Assembly (NCBI GenBank): GCA_951406725.2 | Contig: OX597820.1 | Location: forward strand, 92,318,001-92,382,000 | Length of the DNA: 64,000 nucleotides | Direction of reading: 5' to 3' | DNA from: Octopus vulgaris | Taxonomy: Eukaryota | Shown: piece by piece, positions 26,816 to 39,041 of the stretch | How positions within the stretch are numbered: the stretch's first letter is position 1 | Layout of the letters: each line of letters starts with the position of its first letter | Notes under the pieces: generated by a model | What the model was told of the DNA's origin: nothing | The model's input: the letters and a program-made list of their open reading frames with translations, nothing else | Database searches by the model: none | Made by a program: the position numbers and the translations under genes

Positions 26816-26857
26816 AAAAAAAAAAAACCCAAAAGAACATGATGCAGTATTACGAAT

Positions 26858-26904
<47 letters not shown>

Positions 26905-26924
26905 AAATATTGAATTTCTAAATC

Positions 26925-27300
26925 TCTCGTAGAGACATGTACGGTGGTGGGGCGATAGAATGGTTGTATACTGTCAATCTGACAAGAACGTGACAGTAGG
27001 GGGTACACCACCGCTGTATAGCCCTACGAAGCATCGAACGCCTCGTGATGGCTTTGACACATTTTTCCCTGTGTCCTTATATACATTTACGAAGGGGAGA
27101 CAAACACCCCGGCTGCCGGAACTGCATCTAGGGACACGTGTTTCAGGATCGTTGTCCTTCATCGGCCTAGAGTAGCAGACACCGGTCAGCTGGTGATATT
27201 TGCCTCGACTTCGTAATTGTATATATCTATATTCAGTGATGTCTATTCACTGATAAAAGAAATTCCAACCTTGTCTGATTTTCACGTTTTATTTACAATC
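26925..27300 (-). mobile_element. Short GC-richer non-coding module carrying a hammerhead (retrozyme or solo-pLTR-like)
   Basis: About 370 bp between (TA)n at 26863-26902 and an (ATATA/AAAAT)n tract at 27305-27348. Contains the ribozyme at 27112-27190. Boundaries approximate. Confidence 0.55.
27112..27190 (-). ncRNA. Type I hammerhead ribozyme (U4C variant) with extended stem I
   Basis: Minus strand: GCUG-a-CCGG-ugu-CUGC-uac-UCUAGG CCGAUGA AGGA-caacga-UCCU GAA ACACGUGU C^CCUAGA-u-GCAG-uu-CCGG-CAGC. All three stems pair. Confidence 0.85.
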
Positions 27301-27349
27301 TTATAATGATATAATATAATATAATATAATAAAATAAAATAAAATAATA

Positions 27350-28874
27350 GAATGTTAAATGTTCATTCTGATTGAACTAGAACTTTCATGCATTAAATTC
27401 TGCAATCTTCAGGTTCATGTAGTAGTGGTGACAGTCATGCTTCACAATTTTTGACTGTAGCGAGATAATTGAATCTGTGCCTTAAATACAGCTGTGTAGG
27501 CTCCAGATTGCTAGGTTTTGCAAACTGTATTCTGACCAATCAGTGTGTAGTATCACTCAATTACTTAAGCTGATTGGTTGGTTTGAGCTGATTGGTTTAG
27601 GCGTCACGCTTTGTTGGAAATGTCAAGAGTCCTGTATCTTAACCCTGGCCGAGGCAGCAATTGTTGGGCTACTTTTAGAAATGTTGTAAATAGCCTTTGT
27701 CAGAGATTTTTATATTTTTATATTTCAATTGTCATCATCATCATTGTCAGCACCTTAATTATTGTTGCTAATGGTGATGGTGGTGGCAATAGAACTTTTA
27801 ACCCTAAATAAGATAATTTTCTTGCTATCTAAGTATTATTATTATTGTTTATTTAGCTTGGGTTCGAATTTATCAATAAAATTATTTTCTCTGATTTTCC
27901 TCTCGATTTCACTTCGGCTGTGTAATTTGTAGAATGGAAATATTATATATATTTTCCGACCACATGTTGCTAGGTGGTTACTCAAAGGTATCTGACGGAC
28001 CTCTGGGTCTCTAATCTGTTGTCGGTGTACCCGTGAGCGTTCTGATAGTGCATTTCCGGTCTGACCTACATATATTTCTTCACAATTTGGGCATTTGATG
28101 CAGTAAATTAAATTTCTGCTTTTGCAGTTCATATTCGCGTTTGTGAATATTTTCCCGGTTTTTGTGTTTATATATGTATGTATGAATTGGCATGTGCCAC
28201 ATCGGCTAACATGGCATTTAGATACAGTGAATGTTTGGTCTTTGTTGCTAAGGTCAAATTTTGCCTTTGTTAGTAATTTTTTCAAGTTTTCAGGCTGTCT
28301 TTTACTAAGAACTATAGCTCGATCCGTGATTATGTCTTTTAATTCATTACTTTGGGCAATGATTGGTAGGTTTGCTTTGGCAATGTTGAAGATATTCTGG
28401 TGACATGGGTTGTGTGTCACTATGAATTGTATGACTTGTTCTTGTTTTCCTCTTCCTTGGGTTGTCCTAAGTTATTGTATGAGTATTTTTATAACTCGCT
28501 GTATGCCATTTTCTATAAGTAGAGATGGGTATTTTCGTTTGAGCAAAAATTCTCTTAGTTCTGTTAGGCGTTTGTTCCTGATATTTGCATCTTCTATAAT
28601 GGTACAAAGTCTTCTGGCTAGGCAGTATGGGATGTTGCGTTTTGTATGTGGTGGAGGGCACGACTTAAAATTTAGGTATTGATGTGTGTCTGTGTGTTTA
28701 TAGTATATATCTGTGGTGATGGTGGTGTCTTTTTTAATTACCACTATATCTAGGAATCGTAATTTAGTACTACTCATCTCCTTTGTAAATTGGAGAGATG
28801 GGTGTAGGTTGTTCAGGAGGATATTGAACTCTTCCAGAGTATTTAGAGATTCTGTGCAGATTATGAAGCAGTCG

Positions 28875-28876
<2 letters not shown>
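27350..28876 (-). mobile_element. Penelope-like retroelement, 5'-truncated (RT C-terminus + GIY-YIG endonuclease + 3' pLTR)
   Basis: [42 protein letters not shown] (28472-28876) and C...RCGTC..NCKSRNLIYCIKCPNCEEIYVGQTG..LSER...H (27842-28420). Frameshift between the two parts. Confidence 0.93.
27373..27417 (-). ncRNA. Minimal type I hammerhead ribozyme in the Penelope 3' region
   Basis: Minus strand: UGAAC CUGAAGA u-UGCA-gaauuuaa-UGCA-u GAA AG-uu-CU A^GUUCA. Canonical core, about 425 nt downstream of the GIY-YIG stop. Confidence 0.8.
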
Positions 28877-28935
<59 letters not shown>

Positions 28936-28996
28936 CATATGTGTATGTATGTTTGTATGTATATATAATATACATATACATATATACGCACGCCTG

Positions 28997-29033
<37 letters not shown>

Positions 29034-29779
29034 TCAGAGACACACATATCGACATAAAAGTAGTTTTGTTTCCCTCTCTCTCTCTATGTATATAAATGTG
29101 TGTGTACAGAGAGAGAGAGACAAAAAGAGAGATAGATGGATGGGTGGATAGATAGATTGATAATAGATTGATCGATACATATACATATATATGAATATAA
29201 ATACATACATATACATATGTATTATCATTATTATTATTATAACTATTATTATTATCATTATTAAAACATTATTTAAAACACCTTGTTTCGGCACCATGCG
29301 ACTTAAAGGTTCGAGAAATCTCGGTCGTTGGGCTCAGTTATGAACCACAATAGAGGCGATGCAGGAAGTCCTGACTAGCTACCATTTACCGAGCCGTCAT
29401 TGGTCAAGTGAGTCACCTGGTGCTATTAGATGAGAGGTGAACTTTCAAGAGACTCTAGATGCATTAAAAAGAACTATTTGAACAGCGTAGCTGGATGGGA
29501 AGCTGAAAGCGCTTACGGTTGTCCGGTCTTCGAAGAGATTGCGGGCGATGGTGTTTGTGTGTGCTCTCAAGGCGTATGAGTACGTAGATGTGTGCGTCTG
29601 ATATCTATGCGCATGCGTATGTGTTGGAGTGTGCGTGCCTGTGTATTAGCTGGCGTGCAGAAGAAAGCTGATGGCATCATCTCGTTGGTGCATTCGTTTG
29701 TGTTTGCTAGGTTGTGTGTACGTATGGATGTTTCATATATATATATATATTTATATATATATTCTTTTATTCTTTAACC

Positions 29780-30060
29780 GGTTTCAGTCGCTTCAGTGCG
29801 GCCATGATGGAGCTCTGCCTTTAGTCGAACGAATCAACCCCAAAAATTATACTTTGTAAGCCGTTTGCCGAACCGCTAATTTACGGGGGCCTAAATATAC
29901 CAGCACACACATACACACACACCTATATACGACGTGCTTCTTTCAGTTTCCGTCTACCAAATCCACTCACAAGTAGAAGACATTTGCCTAAGGTATCACG
30001 CAGTGGGACTGAACTCGGAACCATGTGGTTGGGAAGCAAGCTTCTTACCACACAGCCATA
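29780..30060 (-). mobile_element. SINE family A copy
   Basis: tttgccgaaccgctaa, ctttcagtttccgtctaccaaatccactcacaa and gcagtgggactgaactcggaaccatgtggtt..cttaccacacagcca. Confidence 0.88.
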
Positions 30061-30152
30061 TCTGAAGTCTTACATGTCCCTCCTGAGCCATAAGAACATA
30101 AGCCCACTTTCTCGGATTCTGTGACATGTATACTTATACATACATACATAAA

Positions 30153-30231
<79 letters not shown>

Positions 30232-30458
30232 TTCGTTACTTAGAAAATTGTTTATGTGAATACGTGTGTTGCAACAAATTGTAATTCGCGTGAATTCGCG
30301 TATTGCATCAAATAATGTAAATAATGTACATAATTCCTCATCTCTTGAATATAAAACTGTCCTCTTTTTTATAATTGTAGATTCTTCAGTCTTGGGGTGA
30401 ACCACGCTAATAACTTTTGAATGAAAATAACCCATCTACACATATTAGGACATATATA

Positions 30459-30668
30459 ACGGGAAGCTTTATGAAAATAAACAAAAGACGAAGGCAGGTG
30501 GAATACAAACAAACAATTGTATTAGTATGGCGCTCAGGAATATAAATAAAACAAGTCTTTTACGTTTCGAGCCTACGCTCTTCAACAGAAAGATACACAG
30601 AAAAGAAACACGGAGAGAAACAAGGAAGAAGAAAAATGCGTGCAGAAGCTAGCGAATCAACATGGCGA
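30459..30668 (-). mobile_element. 210-bp hammerhead-bearing insertion with 13-bp target-site duplication
   Basis: taggacatatata at both 30446-30458 and 30669-30681. No ORF; internal hammerhead motif. Confidence 0.85.
30556..30593 (-). ncRNA. Minimal hammerhead-like motif (CUGUUGA core variant, palindromic stem III)
   Basis: Minus strand: UCUUU CUGUUGA a GAGC-guag-GCUC GAA ACGU A^AAAGA. Confidence 0.7.
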
Positions 30669-32112
30669 TAGGACATATATAGTTATATACTGTGACAGTA
30701 GTTTTCAATAGACACTCACCTGCCGATGAAACAATATAAAAGAATGTGAAGTAAAACTGAATGATGGGTGAATAGTCAGCTGCGTATTTTTCTGTAATAT
30801 CTTTAGTATTAAAGTTGAATAGAGTAAATAGTTTTAATTACATAAAAGAGAGCAATAAGTATTAGTTTATTAATATAATTATGCTAACGGATTAAGTAAA
30901 CAAGAGGAGACTAAATATATGTGTGAATGTATATACATATGATTTGTTGTAAGTCGGTGATGTTTCTAACTCAGCTGGCGTTAATCAAAATCTGTTCAAT
31001 AATACTAGAAGAACGTTCCTAGCAGAGAATATTTGCCTGCGATAAAACTGTCTTGCCATAGAAAGAAAAGATAGATGACGATTACTGACGTGTCCAAATC
31101 AAAAAATTCCTTCCTGATTACAGAAAGAAAACAAAATATCGATCCATTATCCATAGCATATTACTGGTTGCGAATGCATATACTGTCGCAGACCATGGTC
31201 TCTGCAGGAGCCCTGATGCTTTCTGAGTGCATTGGACTCAGAGGTGGATGAAAAGAAAGTCGCGTTTACCTTTAAGGTAGTTCTTGATAAACTAGGCGTT
31301 CGGAAATTCCATGCTTATAAGCGTAGTTAGCCCATAATATATCCCCTTCGGATCGAAGATGACGATGCTGGAAAGTATAAACTCTCCAAGAGAACATAAT
31401 CGTCCATTGCGTATGTAACTTGTCCAAAGTGAATCGTAGATCATTCATGTTAAATATGCTTGTAGCCTTAGTGGTGGTCGAGTATGGCGGCCATCTGGGC
31501 CCATGAAATACGTCTACAGTATGTGTAGTACGGCAGTAGTATACAATGATTATACGGTCCCCTGATTAGTTATGTCCTCATCAGCAGTCCTCATTTTTGA
31601 AAGTACAGTTATCAAACGATTCCCGGCTGAAGATGTTTTCGGATATTAAATGACCCACAAATATAGAAGAAGATTATCCCCGAATTCGGTAGCGAGCCAT
31701 CAGAAGCCAGCAAGGAATCTTGTTCAATCTATAAAGATATCTATCACCAAAACCCATCATGTGTATTTACATAATGCATATAAATTAAGTTTGACTGGGT
31801 TTTAATGAATTCGATCTCTTTTAGAATGTTTGCAGTCATAGTGTAATAATCTCTAACATTTGCGAGTTTATAATTCGAGTCCCAAGACTCACCAGGCCAC
31901 TGATATTGAACATAGTATATGAAAAATTATTATCCTACATATTCTATATACTCTATAATAATATTATTGATGTAGAATATAACTGTCTGTAAATTTTATA
32001 TTGGCGTGCCGCTTTGAAAAGTATACAGTGACGCGCGCGCGTATATGCTCGCATAAAATATATAATACAGTGTGTATCTATGTATATATGTGTGTACAAA
32101 CGCGCGCATGCA

Positions 32113-32155
<43 letters not shown>

Positions 32156-34123
32156 GTATATATATATACACGCACTGAGAAGAATAAATTCAATTTACAT
32201 CGAATCAAGAAATCTAACGGGAGGTATCGTGATCTATTTTATATCCTTCCACCAGACATGATGTTATAGCATTCCTATTATTAATTTCCAATTCCTCGCT
32301 GCAGTTTATCGAACTGAAATATGGCATCTGAATAGATAATTATCTGCTACTGCTTCGGATAAGAAATCTCACGTTGATCTCACCCTAGTTTGTTAGTCAT
32401 ATTAAGAATTGAAATGAAAAACATTATGCCATTTGATATTGTTGTAGCGGAAAAACAAAACTAGTGGAACGTTAGAAATTCCTATGAGCACGATAATTTT
32501 AAAAAGTTGTTGTTGCTGTAGTGGTGGGGGTGGTGGTGGTGGTCGTCGTCGTCGTCGTGGTCGTCGTGGTCGTCGTCGTTGTAGTCGTTGTCTTCATCGT
32601 CGTGTCGTTCTCATGGTTCCTGACTGAGTAGACCAATGACGAAATGTGTTCAGCACATCACCATCGTATATGAAAATCCCCTATTCAAAGCCTCTCACCA
32701 GTTTCGATACGGTAGTGTGTAATTTGAAATAGAACGTGGCTGCTGTTTCATTTCTCGTATTCTAGCTTATCTAGTGAATAATTACAAGCTTCCTGACGTA
32801 AACTTTACAGTATGTTAATTTAGCGGTAACAGGACTGATTACAGAACACTCACTCTAAATGTTCCACAACTTATTTGCCCTCTGTACAGAAGAAAACTGA
32901 TAATGATGATGTGGTATGTCTACGTATACTGAAAAATTAGTCGAAGTCGTACCAGGAAATTTTCTTTCATCATTTTACTTATAATTTAATGATTTTTGAA
33001 AGTATGGAAATTTTCTTTGTAACATATTATTACAAATGGATTCGTACTTTACAGCAAAGTGAGTGTTTGTTTATAATCGAGCATTAGTTACACACTATGA
33101 TTTACGACTTTCGGAATGTCATATTTCAAAGTGTTGTCTAGAGAAAACGGTTTCTATAAAGTAATGTTTTCATGAAATTAAGCGTTGAATAAACAAAAAT
33201 ATTCTTTGTGTAAATCATTCCGATTATTTGTCTCATTATAATTGATAGTTCATTCATTTCCTAGAGAATTATAATTTATGTACATATAATTTGTAGCATC
33301 CTCTCTCACCGACGTAACCATATTTAATGGATTGGTGAAACAAATATTTACCTGTGGTGATGTGATTGCATCATTAATTATATATTTGACATTGTTGACA
33401 TTACAGTTATTATTCCTTCATTATAGAAATATTACTTTATTTGTTCTTGCTGAAAAGTAGAATTAAATTTGTTTAATATCGTTTCAGACACTTCCCATCG
33501 CACACCCATTATCAAAATATTTTATGAAACAATTATAATTTATGCAATTTATAAACATTCAGTCAGGGCCTCCAGCTAAGCAAATCGATAGAAAACAAGA
33601 CTGCAGAAAAAATGGTCAGCTGGTTCTGGTTTTGTTACTGATATTGTTGTACATAACACACATATTCAGATCCAATTTAACTTACTTATTTTCTCAATTG
33701 CCTGATACATAACTGATGTGAACAATTGTCATCTGTTAAACCGTTTTGTGTGCTTTTCAATCCTGTTGTTGTTCTGTTGTTCCGGTGAAATAGTAGAATA
33801 CTATAGAATAAAATAGTCTTAGATATCCTAAAATAGTCTTAGATTTATATCACCCAGAAGGTGCCTCTTTTCCATTCACCAAAGTGAGTGGAGTTCTGGC
33901 CATGAAGAATTGGTTTCATCAGATCATCGGTTGTTTTGACCTTAAACCTTAACGCCCACCCACTGGTGGTTCTGCAGAGATCGCCAAATCACTTACCGTT
34001 ATCTCCTTTTGGTTATGTACGTTCTCTAGTTGTCAGTTTGTTGGGCAGAAAAACACGAGATTATATTGAGTTCTTTGAGAAGAAGGCATGCTCCTTAGCG
34101 AAATAGTAGTGTTGTTCTAATTA

Positions 34124-35350
34124 TGATGGTCGGCTGTAAAGCTCATAGGCTGACCAACATACTCTCAAGGAGGGTGATTAAAGAAGGTTTATGTTTCAAC
34201 ATATTCTCCCTTGCGGATCACATATTTCTGCCATCTGTGTTGCATTGTTTGGACCCCAGTGGTGAATGGTGAAGATGTCTTTATGCTATTGGTCAAAAAT
34301 GTCATCAACAGCAAATATGACGTCATCATTACTGGGTTATTGGTTCCTAGCCAAGTGTGTTTTTATGCTGAGGAACAGCTGATAGTCAGATGGGGCTAAA
34401 TTAGGAGAATAGGGAGGGTTATCAACTAGTTCAAAGCAACAGTCATGCACAGCAGCCATTGATACCAAGGACGTGTGTGCTAGATCATTGTACTGATGAA
34501 ACAAGACTACTTTCGTCAGCTTTCCTCGGCGTTTGGCATTGTGCTCGCCATTAATGGTGAGGCCCTTTTCAAGACAGTACATAAAAACAATGCATTTTGC
34601 ATCCGCAAAAACTGAAGCCATCACATTTCACATTCTCTGCAGATACAACTTGGCCTACTTTGAAGCACGTGAAAGAGGGTTTTTCCACTGTCTGGATTGT
34701 CTCTTTGTCTCTGACTCAAAGGGAAGAAGCATCTAACACCAATCCCGGGTCAGGAAACGTTCAGGCCAACTAGCTGGATCTGTCTCAAAAGTTTCAGGTC
34801 CTCCTGTTATGTAAACAGCCTATTGGGCTGCTGATTTGGTGTCGGAAAACGTGTCACTTCTGAGCAGAAACTTTCGTCAAACCAGGTTCATTGGGCGGAA
34901 TCCTCTCAACTCTCTCTCGGTATATGTTAATGGCATTAGATATTTCATGTATAGTCATTCATCGATGTTTTCCTCACTGGTGACAGTTGACAGACGTCCA
35001 GGCCTTGGATCATATTTCTAAATTTCAGCTGCCCATCTTTAAACTGTTGACTGAACTGGAGCATCATAACCTAATGTAGCAGCCATGTCAGCATGAATGT
35101 CCTGGGAGGGTGGGTAAACTCTTCTTCTTCAGGTACTTGATAACACCAGGATGCCAAATTGTGTCCAATTTCAAGAGCAGCAGCTACTAGTTTTGAAGTC
35201 TTCTTTTAACAACAAGCTGCCAGTTGACCTATACATAAATAATGTTATTAATGTTATTAACAAAAATGTTTGAAATTAATCCAAGCAAGACTTCACAGCT
35301 CTACCATCACTCTTTCATAGTCAGCCTATAAACCTTTTAACCCACCCTCG
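34124..35350 (-). mobile_element. Mariner transposon, near full length with both TIRs, inactivated transposase
   Basis: TA-flanked imperfect TIRs (tgatggtcggctgtaaagctcataggctgac vs reverse complement cgagggtgggttaaaaggtttataggctgac). Motifs MMASVF, VLFHQYN, NPPYSPNLAPSDYQLF. Confidence 0.92.
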
Positions 35351-35749
35351 TATATAAACGAATGTCTTATCCGCAAAGAATAAGATCCTCATATAAACAA
35401 TTGGGAAGATGTGGGAAACAGATTTGTTGTTGCTTCATGTTTAGAGACCCATTACGATTTAATCTCTTCTGAACGACGATTTACAAAACACTGAAAGTTA
35501 AAAATCACCAATAATAATTATTACAACGGAAATGATAAAAAAGGTGTATTTGAATGTTTAACAAAGATTGAAAGAAATCTGTAAGATTTTATAGAATATA
35601 CGGTTAGGTTTGTGATTAGATATATTTTTCTTTCTATAATGCATCATAAAATATTTGGAGTAAGAAGATGCTGAAAAAGGAATTTACAAGATTGATTGTA
35701 CGAATATAGTATATTTTATAAATAAGTGGCAATATTTTAAACATTCCTT

Positions 35750-36182
35750 ATTTCCAGTCTTTCTGAAATCAGCTGTGGTTTTAAGATCGGTAAAGAAAAG
35801 TATTACCCAGTTGCTATCTACCGCGAAATTAATTGTATTATAATTTATGTAGCCATTCAATATTACCTTCTGAAACACGCTCGCCCGTTCTTACGTATTT
35901 TCCACGTTTGTCGCATATAGTACGTCTGAACACATACACGTGATGTTACATGTTGATTTCTGTTCCTACAAAAGCAGGCATAGTTGAGTGACTCGGATAT
36001 TTGAGACTTGATAACCATAGATTGACATCTCTTCACCGAAGGTAAAGTAAATTTTTCATTTCTTTGATTCGTTAAAAACATTATACCTCACAATCATAGA
36101 TTGTCTTCTTGACGATCTTTCATATGTAACCGCAAACTCAGCGTCGAGAAAATTTTTGCAGTTCCGAACAGGTTCTGACATT
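35750..36182 (-). pseudogene. Candidate decayed exon, weakly CUB-like
   Basis: Acceptor tgtttcatAG. One frame reads VRYNVF..KIYFTF..CMCSDVLY..VILNG..FAVDSNWVILFFTD with three stops. Resemblance judged by eye only. Confidence 0.3.
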
Positions 36183-37169
36183 CTATGAAACAGATGTGAA
36201 AGCATCCATGGAAAAGTGTTCTCAAATTAATAGAGTGCTGCTGGTTTTTTTTTTATAGAAAAGTAGTAAGCGGCATCAAAAAAAGAAAACAGTCGCATGG
36301 TTTTCATGAACACGAACACAAATACTTCCGTTATCTCACACAATCCCTTCCACTATTAGTGCAACATTCACTACTTTTCAGAACCACATGAGTGGATAGA
36401 TATCCCAGCCAAACGCATCTGTCTTTTTCCACTATTCTTTCCCTCCTCCTCCCGTCTCTCATTTCGTACCACCTCTTCGCGGTCTTTACACTAACTTCTT
36501 TATTCACTCAGTACCTGTCTAAACGGGAACCGAGTCATCTATTTGCAGTTGTTTAAGTTGACCAGCAAATTTTGGAGAAACAATGAAGGTTGTGTTATAC
36601 GCTTTTACTTCCAACCAAAACAACAGAAACCATAAGATTGTGGACGCTACTTGCAGTACAAAATAACTAATTAAGCCTGACATTCAGTTTCATAGAATAC
36701 TAAGCAACTTATAGTAAAATTCAACGAGAGCAAAATATTCTTGATATAAAAACTATAATATTGGTGCAATGAGTTTCTGATTTTGGTTAGAAAACCATGG
36801 AGAGCTAATCACCAACTATTTATAAACACACTTATAACTCACGAATGAGTTGACATGGTGCACCCGAAATTTAGCGATTATTATTCTACGATGAGCATTG
36901 ACCTTTTCAAGGTCTAGAAATCGGGTTCTATAAAAAATGTTAGTGAAAGGTTAACGTCAACATTTCCCCCATATTTGCACATATATTTATATTTCCATAT
37001 ATCATAATCTCTGTTATAAATCTAATGCAATTAAATAGCGCTTTGTTTGAACTATGTTACAATACTGGTCGTTAAAAGTGAAATATGATATCTTACTTTT
37101 GTAATTTTGAAAGTGACCACTACTTAAAAACTAATCAATATATATTTCATAAAAGAAAATTATATATAT

Positions 37170-37228
37170 ATATACATACATACATACATACATACACACA
37201 TACATACATACATACATACATACATACA

Positions 37229-37262
<34 letters not shown>

Positions 37263-37272
37263 CATACATACA
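37170..37272. repeat. (TACA)n microsatellite
   Basis: Directly visible. Confidence 0.95.
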
Positions 37273-38372
37273 TATATATAATTATAGACAGAAATGTATA
37301 TACTTACACACATACGTGGTGTATATATTCGTGTACACACACCCGCCCCGCACACCTACACTTTGAATTGGCATGATGTATCATAGATGTGGCGACATTG
37401 TATTGAATAAATTTGCTAAATATATTTCCTCTCCTTTTCTACCAGAGTTCAAATCATCCAGAGTGAACCTTGCTTTCTATACTTTCGGTGTCGATAAATA
37501 AAATACCAGCACTCAACTGGTGGTCCTGCAGCAGTTTCTCCTGCCAGCTATCACATAATCCTATGGTTCTTTAACTGATCGTGATATTGTCTGTGCCCGA
37601 TGAAATCATCATGGTAATCTGAAACAATATGAGAAAGCATGGTATATACTCATATACTGATACCATGTTACCCTCGATTGCTAACGACGGTGGACTGTCT
37701 TCTTTATGGGACAGTAATTATATAGAATAAAGTTATGACGAAGAAGCAAACATATGTTAAAATGCTAGTTGTTTATATCCTATTTTTGCAATATCCCTCT
37801 TTACATTCAATAAATAATAATATATTCTTTTAGAAATCCTAGCTTAATAATTTAATGATCAAATACTTTTATGTTCATTACTTATTGGCTTCCAATATGA
37901 AATTAGGCAAAACTATAATGTAACTTTGGTGTGGCAATAAAGGAAATGATGATTAATACAATCTAAAACAATATCAGATGATGAACTGGCTCACGGAATT
38001 AAAGTCGAACAGTAATTGATAATGAAATAGTTCAAAGGCATTGTAGCTAATTAGTTTCTTACTAAATAACTATTATACTATTGATAAACTTGCAGAATTC
38101 AAAAGATTACCAATGAACAATGGCGTTCCTTGTGAAATTCTGGCGCAGTTTTCTAACTGAACTTGTAGATATTTCCTGATGTATTTGTGTCTTAAAATGT
38201 TGTTTGAGTCCTAATTTAGATATAACAATTTGATTATAAACATTAGGAAATATGAAGGTGACATTACATGTATTGATTTTTCTCCCGTTTTTTGCTAGTT
38301 TTGGCAATAAACTTCAGACTACATCCGATTTGTATTAAATAATAATTTTAAAGAAACTAAACACTTATATAC

Positions 38373-38434
<62 letters not shown>

Positions 38435-38635
38435 TCATAATGTGTATGTATATATGGTTTCTTAAAAAACAAATCGATGTTAAATTAATAATTTAAACAT
38501 TAGACTTTTGTACGTTAAATACAGCATTCTCTCCTCATAGATATATGTCAGACAGGTTGCTTTGTGTTGATGAACTCAAAGGGAATGGAATTACAAAATG
38601 AATAAATGTGAATGTTATTATCATTTCCCAGTGAC

Positions 38636-38822
38636 TGGTAGTACGCTGACGCAATTGCTAGCGTGTCGGGGATAATGTTTTGCGGCATTTCGTCCGTCTC
38701 TTTAAGTTCTGAGTTCAAATTCCGCTCAAGTTGTTTTGGATTTGCCTTTCATCTTTTCGTAAATGATAAAATGAGTACCAAATGGTTACTGGGCTTCATT
38801 TAATTGATTGACCCGTCCCCCC
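38636..38822 (+). mobile_element. SINE family B copy
   Basis: gcggcatttcgtccgtctctttaagttctgagttcaaattccgc..tttgcctttcatcttttcg..gataaaatgagtacc. Confidence 0.8.
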
Positions 38823-38825
38823 GAT

Positions 38826-39041
38826 ATTGGTTTCAAATTATGGTGTAAGGCCAGGTATTTCAGGGGAGGTGGTAAGTCGATTACTTCGATCCCATTGCTC
38901 AAGTGGTACTTCTTTTATCGACTTCGAAATGATGAAAGGCAAAGTCGACTATGTGACAAGCTGAACTCGGAACGTAAAGACGGACGAAATACCACTAAGT
39001 ACTTAGCGCGACGTGCTAACGATTTTACCAGCTCGCCGCCT
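38826..39041 (-). mobile_element. SINE family B copy, inverted relative to its neighbour
   Basis: tggtacttcttttatcgac..gatgaaaggcaaagtcgac..gaacgtaaagacggacgaaatacc..ccagctcgccgcc. Confidence 0.85.

Noticed and set aside
31560-31595. Other CTGATGA/CTGAAGA hits (also about 7974, 8632, 25858, 33918, 47544, 55495, 59141) as hammerheads
   Set aside because: No stem II followed by GAAA and a closing stem I.
31200-31720. Ancient RTE-like remnant on the minus strand
   Set aside because: Only one weak, frameshifted motif (LRF..GQV..MDD); not enough to annotate.
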